Part shown: in pieces, positions 10,674 through 24,665 of the stretch
Layout of the letters: each line of letters starts with the position of its first letter
Numbering within the stretch: position 1 is the stretch's first letter
Assembly (NCBI GenBank): GCA_043228905.1
Contig: JBHGNT010000005.1
Coordinates: 17,298,001 to 17,362,000, forward strand
Direction of reading: 5' to 3'
DNA: 64,000 bases
Origin: Azolla caroliniana
Lineage: Eukaryota; Plantae; Polypodiophyta
Program-made: the position numbers and the translations under genes
The notes under the pieces: model-generated
Seen by the model: the letters and a program-made list of their open reading frames with translations, nothing else
Told to the model about the DNA's origin: nothing
The model's database searches: none

Positions 10674-13600
10674 TCCTTGTCTCCAATTATAAGATTGATG
10701 CTGATTTTGTGAAGGTTCCAGAACAGCCTTGAGAACATCCATTTCATTGTCTATTTTTGGGATTACTCAGGATTGCATGTAGATGGGAGTTTCTGATATC
10801 ATGCGAGGATAGCTTTACATGTTCAGTACATTAACCACTCTCTGTTCACATCAGATGTCTTGGATACATATGTGACTCCTCTTCTGTGTAGGAATTTGAT
10901 CCTTTCAAATCTCGAAATTTAACCAGAAATGAAGAATCTTGAGGGGGAAGATTGAGGGGCCTGCCAATATTGCTCCAATTAGAAAATTCTCATTTCAGAA
11001 TGCTTATTATTATTTAGAGGGGCTTACAATTTAGAGTGGGGAAGATTGAGTTTGGCATTCCCACAATGTGAAGATAGGATTCTCTGAAACCTCGCTTTTG
11101 ACTTTTCCAGAATGAACCTTGTTGGCCTGAAGCTTTATTTATATACTAGGACGGACACGCGCAACTTATTAGTAATTTAGAGTTTGAAGAGTTAATCATT
11201 CTGTAGACAACAACACATATGGCAGATTATTTATACTAGGATGGATACGATCACACAAAGTGGTAGTAGGCAGATTATTAGTAATTTTGGGTTTGAAGAG
11301 TTCATCATGATGTAGCCTTAAGAACCACTAAGGATGCAGTTTTACATATATTCTCATAACATGAACCCAAGCCAAGCCAATACCTGAATACTTAAGGCAC
11401 GGACACGGAAGCATCAAGAAAGTGGTGTTTTGTAGTACCGCTTTCAATGTCAAGTTGATTTGATTGAGAGGAACTCGTATTGTTTTTTATGACTTCCAGT
11501 GTTATAAGCTAATAGTGGATATCAACGGCCTCGGAACTCTGACGAGGGGCCTTATTTCAAATGTTCCAACCATTCACCCAGTTTGCACTGGGCTAGTAAC
11601 TATAGTTTGTGCATTGAGAAGTGGTGTGATGATGTATCACATGATTCTCACAAACTATAGTTTATGTATTGATAAGTGATGTGATTATGTATCACCTGAT
11701 TTCAACAACTAGTAAGAAATGTCTATTTGCAACTTCTGGATACGCTTCTCAACGTGTTCCAATGCTATGGAACCCTAAAAGTGACTGCTTTTCTTCACGT
11801 TCCTCCCCAGTGACCTGGTCCCTGTTTCAAAATGTGAATAAAACTATGTGAAGGACCCTGGAACTTTTTGGAACATTTCTGTGCGAAAATATTTGAGCTG
11901 ATAGTACAAAATCTTTTTTACTGTACAACCAGCCCAAACAAGCCTAAATTATCATGTCCAATTGTAATGTGAACCCATCCTTTAAAATTATTTTATTTTT
12001 CTTTATGCTTGGTAACTTTACAAGGCACTAAAAACAATTGTTTTAAAATTTCATGTTTTGTTTAGGATGTCTACTTATCAAGAGAACAGTGAAAGAATTT
12101 GAGCACTCACAGACTGTCATTCCAGGATGGATGGGATCAGTGATCATAAAATCTTGGACTTAAATTGCTCCTATGATTCTCGACAATTATTTTGTGTCCT
12201 TGTGGAAATGCAAATTTCCTGGGCAAGATGTCATGAAGGAAAGATTTTATTTATTGCTTTTGTTTTTCAATATGGGGTTGAAATAATAATAAACTTTCCG
12301 GAAAAGGCCCAACATGATCAAGAATCCTCAAAAAAAACGAAAGTATCGCTAGCTTATTTGATTGCCACCCCTTTTAGGGAATGGCTGGGAAGCTCCACAT
12401 CATTGTTAAATACATTTGAGAGGGGTTCCCATGTTTGATATTGTGTCGAATGGCTCCTCATATCTGATAATGTCAAATATGTCTTAAATCTTGTAAGGGT
12501 CTGCAAGGTATCATATTGTTAAATCAAGTTTGCGATTGCTTTGAACTTACAAACACTATTGCAAAATGAATCTGATGTTCAAGTCCAGTTTTGTTAGTGA
12601 AATTCGTCTTTGGTAATATCAAAATCAGAGTTCTGACGATGACGAAAACATATATCTTCTGCTTTTGTGGTTTTGTGAATTACACATGGCATATGCATAT
12701 GTTACATTTGTATTGGTGGTATTACCTATTTATTTGGTCATCTACGTACTCAAAATTCCCTAATTCCTTATACTCTAAATATGCTAAACCTCATTATTGT
12801 ATTCTGTACTTATAATCCTTAACCCAAACCTGATGAGACAATCAACATGGAGAATGGCCTTTCGAATGTAATGTATTGATCACTTTGTGTAAAATGGGAT
12901 GTTTGTACTTGTTTTCTTTGTTACTATAATCAAAATGTGATAACAACTTAGCTTCTGAATGAATGGAATTGTGCCATTGTCAAGGTATCAGCAACAGTGG
13001 ATGTAAATGCATTGATTAGGGCTCTTTGATTCAATCATATATACAACACCAAGGCTCTCTATGGACATAACTAGGACTATTTTCTCATGGAGCTGTTTGA
13101 TTCTAAACAATTTGGATGGTTCTGTAAGTTTACTCATGAGTTGGGGTCTGTTCGAACCGAAGATATAACCCTTTAATTAATAAATATGATGAGGGAGCAC
13201 AAAGCTGCACTCTGTGAAAGATGGTATTGTATGCATGTTATGTTAGGTTTGTTGTCAAGAAAATCATGGGCCTTCAGATATATATCTTCAAAAAAGTGTC
13301 TATAAATTTGAGTCATCACTTTTTTTTTTAACTCTTGAGGTTAAAATCAATGTACATACTCTTGAATATACTGCATCTTCAAAGATATTGTCTTTCCACA
13401 GGATCCAAGGAACTCAAAAACCTTTTTGAATAATCCCATCATGGGATTGCAATTGGTATGATGTAAGCACATTATAGCTTCTTTCCAGCCATACATATGT
13501 ACGATCTTTGTATATTAATACAAAACTTTCTTTCCATTAAATATTGTTTTTTGTTTATTTCAGGGAAAGTTTAGGACCTCAGAATATCAAGTTATTGTTT

Positions 13601-14070
13601 TTTTATAGAAACATCAATTAGTTCACAATACTTCTATCTAGGCATAGAAAACTTCAAAGTAATCGTGTACTACTTTCCATCATCTTCAAGCAAAAAGAAA
13701 TTTTTTATTTATAGCAAATTGGTCAAATGGATGTGGTAAATAAAGTCGCTTTTTGATTTTTCTAAGCAAAAAGAAAAGAGTAATTTATAACAATCCAAAA
13801 GGATGGAGTAATATAAAGTCCTTGGTCATGTAAATTGACTTCAATGTGAAGAGTCAAATTAGGAAAAGCAAATACAACTAACACAAAATTTCATCAATAC
13901 ACGTTTTTATGAGCCAACACTGTTGGAAGACCATTTCTCCATATCTAAGTGTCATAACTTTGTGCCTTCGTTAAGTGTAGTATGAAGATGAAATGATATT
14001 CATTCTGTAGAATACATGACAGCTTGACAATATCGACACCAAACCTCATCATTGAATGCCATGTTCTTCG

Positions 14071-14630
14071 ACCTAAACATAGGCTTGGCTTGAACTGAGG
14101 TTCCATGCCTGACACTATCCTTAACACCCTTCTCCCTCACTTTTCACTTAGCCCCTCTTCCCTAAATCCTCCCCTCTCCCCCCTAAATCGACCCATTCTA
14201 CCCATACACCCATTCTACCTAAACATAGGCTTAGCTTGAGCCGAGGTTCCATGCCTGACACTATCCTTAACACCCTTCTCCCTCACCTTTCCCTTAGCCC
14301 CTCTTCCCTAAATCCTCCCCTCCCCCCTAAATCGACCCATTCTACCCATACACCCGTTCTACCTAAACATAGGCTTTGCTTGAGCCGAGGTTCCATGCCT
14401 GACACTATCCTTAACACCCTTCTCCCTCACCTTTCCCTTAGCCCCTCTTCCCTAAATCATCTCCTCCCCCCCCTAAATCAACGACCCATTCTACCTAAAC
14501 ATAGGTTTAGCTTGAGTCGAGGTTCCATGCCTGACATTATCCTCAACACCCTTCTCCCTCACCTTTCCCTTAGTCCCTCTTCCCTAAATCCTCCCCTCCC
14601 CCCTTAAATCGACCCATTCTACCCATACAC
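14071..14630. repeat. Tandem array of ~4 C-rich units of 132-146 bp
   Basis: Units start acctaaacatagg at 14071, 14217, 14361 and 14493; each contains gaggttccatgcctgaca and cccctcttccctaaatc. Confidence 0.92.
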
Positions 14631-16121
14631 AATTACAAATATGCACACACATTTCTAACAAACACATACATACACACAAACATATAAAGCTATTGCTTAC
14701 ACTTGTACACACATTGCTCAATTACATTACGCATAAAGACACAAATACTCGAAGTGTGCATATTCTTAGATATACACTCATTTTGGCACACAAATTCATT
14801 AAATACAAGTACATGCACATACACACAATAGTGGGCATAGAAGCATTTGTTAACCTAAACATACACGACCCCCTTACATTATTATACACATCTACATATG
14901 CACTCACATGCACGTGGTTTCACATACATTCAAATTGAAAGATCCTACATATGCTCACATTAAACATAGATGTGAGAAACAACACATTATCACACACCTA
15001 GAATGTGTACTTACTATTGCACCAATGCAAACTAAAAGGGAAAAACACTAGGACCACAACCGTGTGCCACTACACCCATTAGACTCCTACAAACCTTCAT
15101 TGGCAACACCAACCCAAAATCTATCTTCTTTATTTCAAGACGCCAATGATCCCACATGCATCTTTCATGCCCTTCTCGTGAATTCTCATAACCAACACAT
15201 GTGAATATGTGACAAGACAATGGGGTTTCTAAACTAGGAGTTATGCTTGGTTCAATAGTTGGCTTCATTTCTAGCCTTCTCGACTCTAGGATTCCTTTTC
15301 ACTCCTATCTCTCATCACCACTAGCCCCTCTCTTCATCGATACCTATTTATTCCCCTAGCTCTCTTCACCATTGTCAATTCTTCACTCATGGGCCTCTTC
15401 ATCTTTGGGCTCTTTTATTTCACAACAATCTCTCTTTATCTCTAGGCGGTCATTTCACCAAAAGGAACTCTTCGCTCACATTCTTCATTGGAAGGATCTT
15501 GTTTCACCATCAATCACTCTTTGCTGCTAGCTCTCTTTACCATTAGGTTCTCATTTCATTACTAGACACAATTTGCTCTGTATCTTACATTTCATTGCTA
15601 GCTCTTTTTACCACTAAACTCTCGTTTTATCACTAGCTCTCTTCATTTCACCGTCATCCTTTTTTTTAAGAAAAATACAACATTTTCTTACATTTGATTG
15701 GATTTGGTGCACTACTTTGTTCAACATGTACCCTCTCTTGAAAAGCCATAGTCGTATGACATTAATTCGTAATTGGTACAATCATGATGCGACATGTCCC
15801 CTCTTGAAAATCCATAGTTGGACACATTAATGCTTAGGAGGTACAATTATGTTGTGTTCCATCGTTCAAATAGAGAAACAACATGAGCTATTTTGTACAC
15901 AACTTGCAAGACTACAACAATTGGGCTATGCTAGCAATGTTATAGGTGATCCACTGACTATAGTAGTTGCACAAGTGGAGTATCTCGTGTCATAATACTC
16001 CAAAGTACATATCGCACCTTTGCATGCTTGAGATAATCCAAACACAATTTTCGTTGTCGACAAGTAGTAAAAAAGGAGCCTTCTCCATTCTTCTCATAGA
16101 TACCACATAGCAGTTGTTACC

Positions 16122-16382
16122 TGTTGAGCGGACAAGCTTAACATGATCCGGATCGGTTGAGTAAGTTGGAGCTAGATCGGATTGTAACCGGTAGGCCGTT
16201 AGAGGCCTACGACTCTAGCCTAGTACGTAGGCATATATTTTGGTAGTTAGTGTATGTCGCTCAGTACAAGCATTAAAGTACTTGTTAGTGTATAAATAGT
16301 GTTGTCAAGCATAGTTGTATGTACATAGTATTAAGTTTATTTTGAAATACACGTTATGTGTTCTGCTCTCTCTATCTCTCCC
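16122..16382 (+). mobile_element. Truncated Copia LTR related to the LTR of element D
   Basis: tgttgagcggacaagcttaac...gatccggatcgg matches the reverse complement of 63839-63780. tataaatagtgttg...tgtgttctgctct matches the reverse complement of ~44490-44400. Confidence 0.75.
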
Positions 16383-18880
16383 ACGTACTGTGCACAAGAC
16401 GGCCGAAAGGCCAATTGAAGTTAGAAGAGTCACTTTTTTGGACATTGTGACTCCTCTTGACGGCTCAACACAACACACTAGAGCGATAACACGGCAAGTT
16501 GCTTCTACAGGACAAGCTGGCTCAGAGAGCATCCGAAGTAGCGACCCACAGGGTGGATTGCCTACTCAAGAGATGATCATCAATGATCATCCCGTGAGTC
16601 CAGTCATGCCTCAACGGTCGGAACGACTTGTCCCAACTACCGGAGAGATACTCTCCCGGAATCTTCTTCACAGATGCCGGTGAACCCACATCATACGAAG
16701 AAGCATCGGCATGCGCCAATTCGGCCACCTGGCATTTGGCGATGGAGTCCACGATTAACTCCATTCGACACAATAAGACATGGAACTTAATCGAACTATC
16801 GAAACATCAACGTGCTTTTCCATGCAAATGGGTCTATCGACTCAAAGAGACGTCAAATTCTGCATGTCCCGAGTATAAGGCTAGATTAGTCGCGAAGGGT
16901 TTCCGACAACAATATGGCATCGACTTCGAAGAAATTTTTTCACCAGTGGTAAAAATGACCACCCTTTGATTAGTGGCATCCGGGGACTTGGAGCTTATAC
17001 AGTTCAATGTGAAGAAGACCTTCCTCCATGGCGACCTAGAGGAAAACATTTACATGGAGCAACCGAAAGGCTTTGTTGTAGCCGGCCAAGAGCATCTAGT
17101 CTGTCGACTCAGGAAGAGTCTTTATGGCCTAAAGCATGCACCCCGACAGTGGTATAAGAAGTTTGACGATTTTATCCAGTCAGTTGGCTTCTCAAAGAGC
17201 GATGAGGACCAGTGCCTCTTCATGAATACATCTCAAGATGGGTCTCCCATCGTCCTCATCTTATATGTGGATGACATGCTACTCTCCAGCCGCCATGCCG
17301 GAGAGCTTGTTGATCTTGTTCGGCAACTATAGTTGAAGTTTGCAATGAAGGACCTAGGTCCTGCTCGACACATTCTCGGATTGAAGATTAGTCAGCTCCG
17401 GAATCAACGACAATTGTTCTTGTCACAAGCCGACTACATCAAACGTGTCCTGGAGCGCTTCAACATGCACTCAACCAAATTTGCTTCGACCTTGTCCCCA
17501 TTAATCTTCAGCTTTCTCAGCGAGACTACCCTACATTCGGTTCGGAGGGGGAAGATATGAAGTCACTACCGTATGCACCAGTAATCGGCTCCTTGATGTA
17601 CGCGATGGTTGCGACAAGACCTGACATTGCTCATGTCGTAGGAGTCGTCAACAGATTCATGCACAACCTAGGCCAATCGCATTGGAATGTAGTCAAGCAT
17701 GTATTCAGATACCTAGTGGACACACAAAACCTTGGAATCCTCTTCAGTCCGAACAAGAACCTAGGCGTAGTCGGTTATACCGACTCAGACTTTGTTGGCT
17801 ATGTGGACAGTCGAAAGTCAACAACCGGATATTGCTTCAAATTTGGCAATGGAGCAATTTTGTGGAAGTCGAAACTTCAGGAGTCCATGACCACTTCAAC
17901 GACTGAGGCCCAATACGTAGCTGCATCTGACGCAACGAAAGAGGCCCTATGGCTCGGTCGACTGGCGTGTACGTTTCGACAAGCCAATCCCAATTCAGCT
18001 CCAATTGTCTACAACGATAGTCTGGGTGTTGTTGCCATGTTGAAGAATCTGGTTCATCACAATGCCTCCAAGCATATCGATGTTTAGTATCACTTTGTTC
18101 AGGACTATGTAACTTCAGGGAGGCTTGGCCTCAAGAAGATCTCCATGACCGACAACATATCAGACCGGGTGACCAAGTGTCTCACAACTGATCAATTTTA
18201 GGCACTTCAGCACCAGATGGGCTTAAGGAGTATTTTGTTCGATCGAGTCGGACAACAAAGATAGCTTCGAGCACTTGACCTTGACAACTAAACCGGCTTA
18301 TGCACTCAAACCAACCAATTCGGCCCTTTGTTTCCTCTCGGTCATCATCGACTTAGCTACAAGCCAATCTATCATCGCATCTCTTTGTATAAGCTGTATC
18401 TTCTGTTTTATATTACATGTCTCTCCTTAGTTTATACGCCCATTGCGAGGGAGTGTCGAATACTGGTGTTTAATGGTCGTATTCACATTGTCCCTTGGAC
18501 AGACTAGGTTTAGGACAATTCTGTAAATATGTCAAAGGGCAGTTGCCCTAGCCCAATTAGTATATAATGGGCTTTGTAAACTAGATCATAAGGTTGTTGC
18601 CTCCATTTGTTGTAACTCTGAGTTTTGAATAATCTATCTACACATTGTGTGCCTCTCTGTCTTTGTCTCCTTAATCTTGCTCTACCATGCTAACTTGGTG
18701 ATCTTCTATATATGCCCAAGTGTAACATTGTAACAGGGTGAGAGAGTTTTACATAAGAGAATAACAAAGCCTCCATTTGAGCTAAATCGTGTCTATCTTA
18801 TCTTCTACCTTCTTGCATATCTATATTCTGTTTGTGTTTCTCGTTGTATACATCTTCTTGCAGGTCCTCACATATTCTTC
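16383..18880 (+). mobile_element. Decayed Copia 3' half (RT, RNase H, PPT, 3' LTR)
   Basis: [59 protein letters not shown] with stops/frameshifts. PPT-like gagggag then LTR tgtcgaatac from 18454. LTR right end approximate. Confidence 0.85.
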
Positions 18881-18889
18881 AGCATATCA

Positions 18890-21800
18890 TATTCCATAGC
18901 GCAGACATGGTTGTTGGATTCCGGTGCCACATTTCATGTGACCCCCAACATCAAATGTTTTTCGGACTATTCGGCCAGAACTAGAGGCACAATCTAACTC
19001 GATAACGGGCAAGAATGCAAAATTACAAGGATCAGAGAGGTCCCAATTCAACTGCTGAATGACAATATGATCATCCTGCACCGTGTTCGACATGTACCCA
19101 AGTTGAAGAGGAGTCTGGTCTCCATTGGCATGTTAGCCGAAGTCGGGTAGAAGACAACACTTAGCGAGTCTTCATGGTTGATCACCAAAGGAAATCTCTA
19201 AATCGGCCATGGCAACAAGTACAATAACTTGTACCCGCTAAATGTGTTCAGTCCGGAGGGCGCAATCAACATAACCAAACTATTGAATGCAACATTATGG
19301 CATGGCCGACTCGGCCATATGTCACAAGCCAGACTAGAACGGCTAACAACAACCGGCTACATTCCAAATCTCCAAGTGAAGACAAACTTCTATGAGCATT
19401 GTCGTTACGGGAAATAGACGTGAAGTTCACACTCTCTTCATTACGAGATGGTACAACAACCCCCAGAACTAGTCCACACAGATATTTGTGGGCCTATACC
19501 TGAGAGATCACTAGGAGGTTCCTAGTACTTCATCACATTTATTGAAGATTCCACCCGGAAGGTTTGGGCTTACTCGATTAAGTCCAAAGACGAAGCGCTA
19601 GAAATTTTCACTTGGTGCTAGCCAAAGCAGAAAACCAATATGGTTATAAGGTGAAGACACTCAAGTCGGACAACGGAGGTGAATACACCTCCAGAGCCTT
19701 TGAAAAGTACCTATCTGAAAAGGGGATTCGGCATCAGAAGATCATTCCCTACACCCCAATTCAAAACAATGTAGTTGAATGGATGAACTGGACCATCTAA
19801 GAGAGGGTGACGATAATGCTCAAGCAAGCTAGACTAAAGTTGGAGTTGTGGGCTAAAGCATTGCAGATGGTTGTGTATCTAATCAATCTATTGCCATCAA
19901 GAGCAATCCGACTCCAGGTGCCTCAAGCACCATCGTCGGGAAAACAACCTACCTATGATCGGGTTCGTATATTCGAATGCGAAGCCTACACATTTCTCCC
20001 ACAAAGAGAAGAGGACCAAGACTAACGCCCCACTCGACAAAGTGTAAGTTTCTCGTTTATGGAACCGATGGGGAATTTGGATATAGGTTCCGAGATCCGG
20101 AGAACCGGAAACTAATATGGAGAAGCGATGTAGTCTTCAGTGAAGACTCAATTCTCTCTGACCGATCCCAGCCCAAAAATGGCAAAAAGGTCACTTTCGA
20201 TCTTTTCGAGAAAGAATCGAAAGTAGACATGCTGATCATTGAATCTGAATCGGCCATCCAGCAAACTATCGAAGCCGACCCAATTAGCAACCCATTTGTC
20301 AAACTCGAATCGACAAGAGATCTGACAACCGACTACAAATCGACTAGACGATTGACCAGAGTCCAATTGGCTAAAGTGACCAACGGTCGATCCTAACCGG
20401 TCGTGACACACAAAGACTGGTCAATCACTCCTGAGGAAGAGGGGGATCCAACAACGGTGAATGACAATTGCCACAATGGATCCCCCCAACGATCTCCTTC
20501 TGAACACAATAGTTCTAACAATATCGATCAGACACACAAGCTAGTTGAAGAATCTGACTCCACAAAATTGGTGACAAGGAGATCATGATTAGTTTGAAGG
20601 CCGATATAGTTTTACACGTTGGGCCTGGACAATGTCAATTACATGGCTGCAAGCGAGCCAACCTCCTATGAGGAAGCAATAGTCGTGTCGGATGCCGACA
20701 CATGGCTTCAAGCCATGAGATCCGAGACGGACTCAATTAAAGAAAACGACACATGGGAGCTTGTACGTTATTAGCTAGAAGGAACCCACTACCCTGTAAA
20801 TGGGTCTATAGATACAAATATGTATCTGGTTCGGACAGGCCCAAATACAAAGCCCAGCTTGTCACAAGGGATTCAAGCAAGAACATGGCATCAACTACAA
20901 CAAGATCTTCTCTCTAATAGTCAAGATGAAGACTCGGAGTCGTGGCAATGGAATACCTAGAGCTCAAACTGTTGGACATCAAGACGACTTTTCTTCACAG
21001 AGATCTGGAAGAGGGCATCTACATGTCCCAATTGGCGAGGTTTATGGCGATGGGGGAGGAAGGTCACCTCGCATGTTGGCTAAAGAAGAGGCTTTACGGC
21101 TTGAAGCAAGTGCCCAGAATGTGGTATCAAAAATTTGATACCTACATCCGTCAGCTTGAATACAGCTAGTCGGATTCCGACCCATGTATGTACATCCAAC
21201 AACTAGCCGATGAGTCCCAGATCCACATGATCCTTTATGTCGACGACATGCTTATCACCGGTAACGATAAAGCGAAGCCTTCATTAAAAAAATTCAATGA
21301 AGGAACTCGAAGAAGCCCAACATAGATTGGGCATGCGAATAGAGCAAAATCGGACGAAGAAGATCCTCCGGCTCTCCCAATCCAACTATATCCAAAAGGT
21401 GCTGAAGCGCTTCAACATGGAGAATGCGAAACCGGCACCGAAACCGCTTCTGACATCGTTCCGACTATCGGACAGAGACTCTCCATCCACAAAGGAGGAG
21501 AAATTGCTCATGAACCAAATTCCCTACGCATCGGTTGTACGAAGTCTCATGTATGCGATGGTGGCTACCCAACCAAAACTTGCCTACACCGTAGGAGTCA
21601 CCAGCTGCTACATGTCAAAACCCAGACAAAAGCACTGGGAAGCCATGAAGAATATATTCTGGTACCTACGTGGCACCAAAGATTTGCAACTGACTTTCGG
21701 ATCAGACAAGCCGACCGAAGTAGAAGGCTTTATGGATTCAGATTATGCCGGAAACCCCGACAATCGTAAATCCTCATCAGGTTATGTTTTCACCTATAGA

Positions 21801-22925
21801 GGTGATGCCATATCTTGGAGGTTGAAATTAGAGGACTACACGACACTCTTGACGACAAAGGCTGAGTATATAGCCACATCAGAAGTAGCAAAGGAAGCCA
21901 TTTGGTTGCACCGACTATCGGTTGACTTATCTGTTAAAAGCCGAACCAACCATCTAGTACCAACCCTATATTGTGACTCATGAATGCAATACACCTCATC
22001 CGGAATACGGTATACCATGCTAAAACGAAGCATATTGAGGTGAGGTACCACCATATTTGGGAGCTCCTAACTGACAAGAAGCTCGAAGTCCAAAAAGTAG
22101 ATATCGAGGTGAACATCATCGACAACCTGACGAAGCCACCCCCAAATCAATGCTTTGGCACACTAAGAGGACAAATGGGACTTCAATAAGCGAGCAAGAA
22201 AAAAGGAGTCGAACAAGAAGAAGCTAAAGACAAGTCAACAAACGACATGGCTAGACAAGTCGAAGGAGTTGGACAACCGAAAGGCTGCAGACGTATATGA
22301 GTACAAGGAAGCCTACAGGACAGAGAATGGTCGAAAGGCGACACGAACTAGAAGTCGACTGTCAGTCTATCAGAAAGAACAAGGACCAGTGTACGTAGGG
22401 AGCCAATGGCCCAAAGGAAAACCAAGCCAACTACTAACTGATTCGGACATCAACTGAAATGGCAACCAGCCAATTGGCTAAATCTAACTAAACTTCTGTT
22501 GATTCGACTACCGACCGAAAGGCTTGTAACATATACTGTAGTTTAAATTTAAAGTGTAACTTAAGCTTACGGGGGAGATAACCCCATCACATTGTATTTA
22601 ATCGAGAGTAGTCCTTTTATGGGGGAGTTTGTTGGCATAAAAGGTTGACTCTACCCAAACTTGTATCTCAGTGTGAATACAGTTAACCTAACTATTTAAG
22701 TAGGTAATTGTCCTTGTAAAAGAAGAGTTCAATATTAATAGAAGGGTTGCTCATCTCTTTGAGCAAATCTATGTGTGTGTGTGTGTGTGTAATTGTCTCT
22801 GTATTCATCTTGTTCATCTTTCTCTAAACTTGAGTAGTGTATAGATCATCTTGTGTTGCTTCCTACTTTTTGCTTGACTCCACACAAGATCCTATCTGCT
22901 TCTCTACCACAAGTCGGCTCAAACA
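18890..22925 (+). mobile_element. Decayed Copia lacking gag (PR-INT-RT-RH, PPT, 3' LTR)
   Basis: WLLDSGATFHVTP at ~18908, LWHGRLGHMS, KSDNGGEY, LYGLKQVPRMWY, FMDSDYAG, KTKHIEVRYH. PPT gggggag at 22621 followed by tgttggc LTR. Many stops. Confidence 0.85.
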
Positions 22926-22939
22926 ACTTTATTGTCTTC

Positions 22940-24176
22940 AATTATGAAGTTTGTACTATATGCACCAACAATCAACTCCTTGATGTACGGGATGGTCATG
23001 ACACGGCTTGACATAGCACATGTCGTAGGAGTTGTTGGTAGATTTATGCAAAACCCATGCCAACAACATTGGAATGCAGTCAAGCATGTATTCAAATATC
23101 TGGTGGCCACACAAGACCTTGGCATCCTCATCGGCCCAAACAAGAACTTGGACTTGGACTTTGCCAGTTGTCTGGACAGCCAAATGTCGACGACAAGATA
23201 CTTCTTCCGATTCGGCATTGGAGCAATATCGTGGAAGTCAAAACTTAAGGAGTACACAACCACCTCGATGACCGAAGCCGAATATGTAGCCGCTTCTAAT
23301 GCGCCGAAAGAAACTTTATGGTTTGGTTGGTTAGCATGTAGGTTTCAGCAAGTTGATCCCAATTTGGCTCTAGTTGTCTATAATGACAGTCAAGGAGCTA
23401 ACGCATACGGTCCATCACAATGCCTGGAAGCATATCGAAGTTCAATATCACTTTGTTCGGGATTGTGTAACTAGAGGAAAGCTCGGCCTAGAGAAGATCC
23501 CCATGGCCGACAATGTTGCTGACGGGATGACCGAGTGTCTTTCGGTTGACCAATTTGGGTCACTAAGGCACCATATGGGCGTAAGGAAAAATCCGTCTGA
23601 TTGAGTAGGTCACGAAGATGATTCCGGGCATTCGGCACAACTGATCTGGCTCCAATCTTTCAGACCAACCAATTCAGCTTTAGTTATTCAGCCCTTGTCA
23701 ATTTGGCAATACAACCAATTAGTTTAACATCTCTTTATATAAATTTGTATTTTGTTTATTCTTTCTATTACAATTTTTTTGTTGTATATGCCCATTACGG
23801 GGGAGTGTCGAATATGCGTGGCTAATGGCCGTATTCACATTATCCCTTTTGGACAAACTAGGTTTAGGAAAAAATTATAGTAATTCTAAAGGGCAGTTGC
23901 CCTAGTCCGGTTACAATATAATTGACTTTGTAACCTAATTCAAAGGGAGATGACGATGTTTCCATTCTTTGTATTGTAAATTTTGAATAATACAGTTACA
24001 TTATTGTTGTACCTCTCTCTCACACACACTCTCTCTCTGTTTCTTTGTTGATCTTCTTGATCTTGCTAAGTTGTCTAAGTATCTTCTATTCATATTGTTT
24101 ATGCATATTCATCTTGTTGTTCTTCATCATATAGTATTGTTTTTGTTTCCGCCATTGACGACCTTGTCTCTTAACA
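22940..24176 (+). mobile_element. Decayed Copia 3' end (RT tail, RNase H, PPT, LTR), same family as 16383-18880
   Basis: SLMYGMVMTRLDIAHVVGVV, ISWKSKL, EAEYVAAS, KHIEVQYHFVRD. PPT gggggag then LTR 23806-24176 (tgtcgaata...ttaaca), homologous to the LTR at 18454. Confidence 0.85.
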
Positions 24177-24665
24177 CAAGGACCTTTGAGTAGGCCTAAG
24201 ATAAAATGCTTTAAAATATATTGAGACCTCACATTGTTTTTGACTGCTCGAAAAAAGTGATCATTGTGCTTGTTATGCTAAGTAAGCATGTTACGACACC
24301 TCAGGTTTGCCATAGGATAATAGGCCAACACTACCCACTCAACAAGCTACTCATAATTGGGTGGCATGGTTCCAATGAGAGACTACATGTCCCAACTATG
24401 GTGATGAGAACTTAGCACCCTATTGTTGTTATCTACTATATATATGGTATCTATTGTTGTTATCTACTATACATTCATAAATAGGGTACATATGGTCATG
24501 AGAGCCCGATACATCACTTAAAAATTAGAATGACACTAATAGAGCACTCAAAAAATAGCTTAAGAGGAAGAGGTAGCAAACTAGACAAAATCTTAAAAGG
24601 AAGATGAAACAAACTAGACAAACTCCAACCACCCCATTTAGAGGCTTATCCAAATTCTCATGTTG

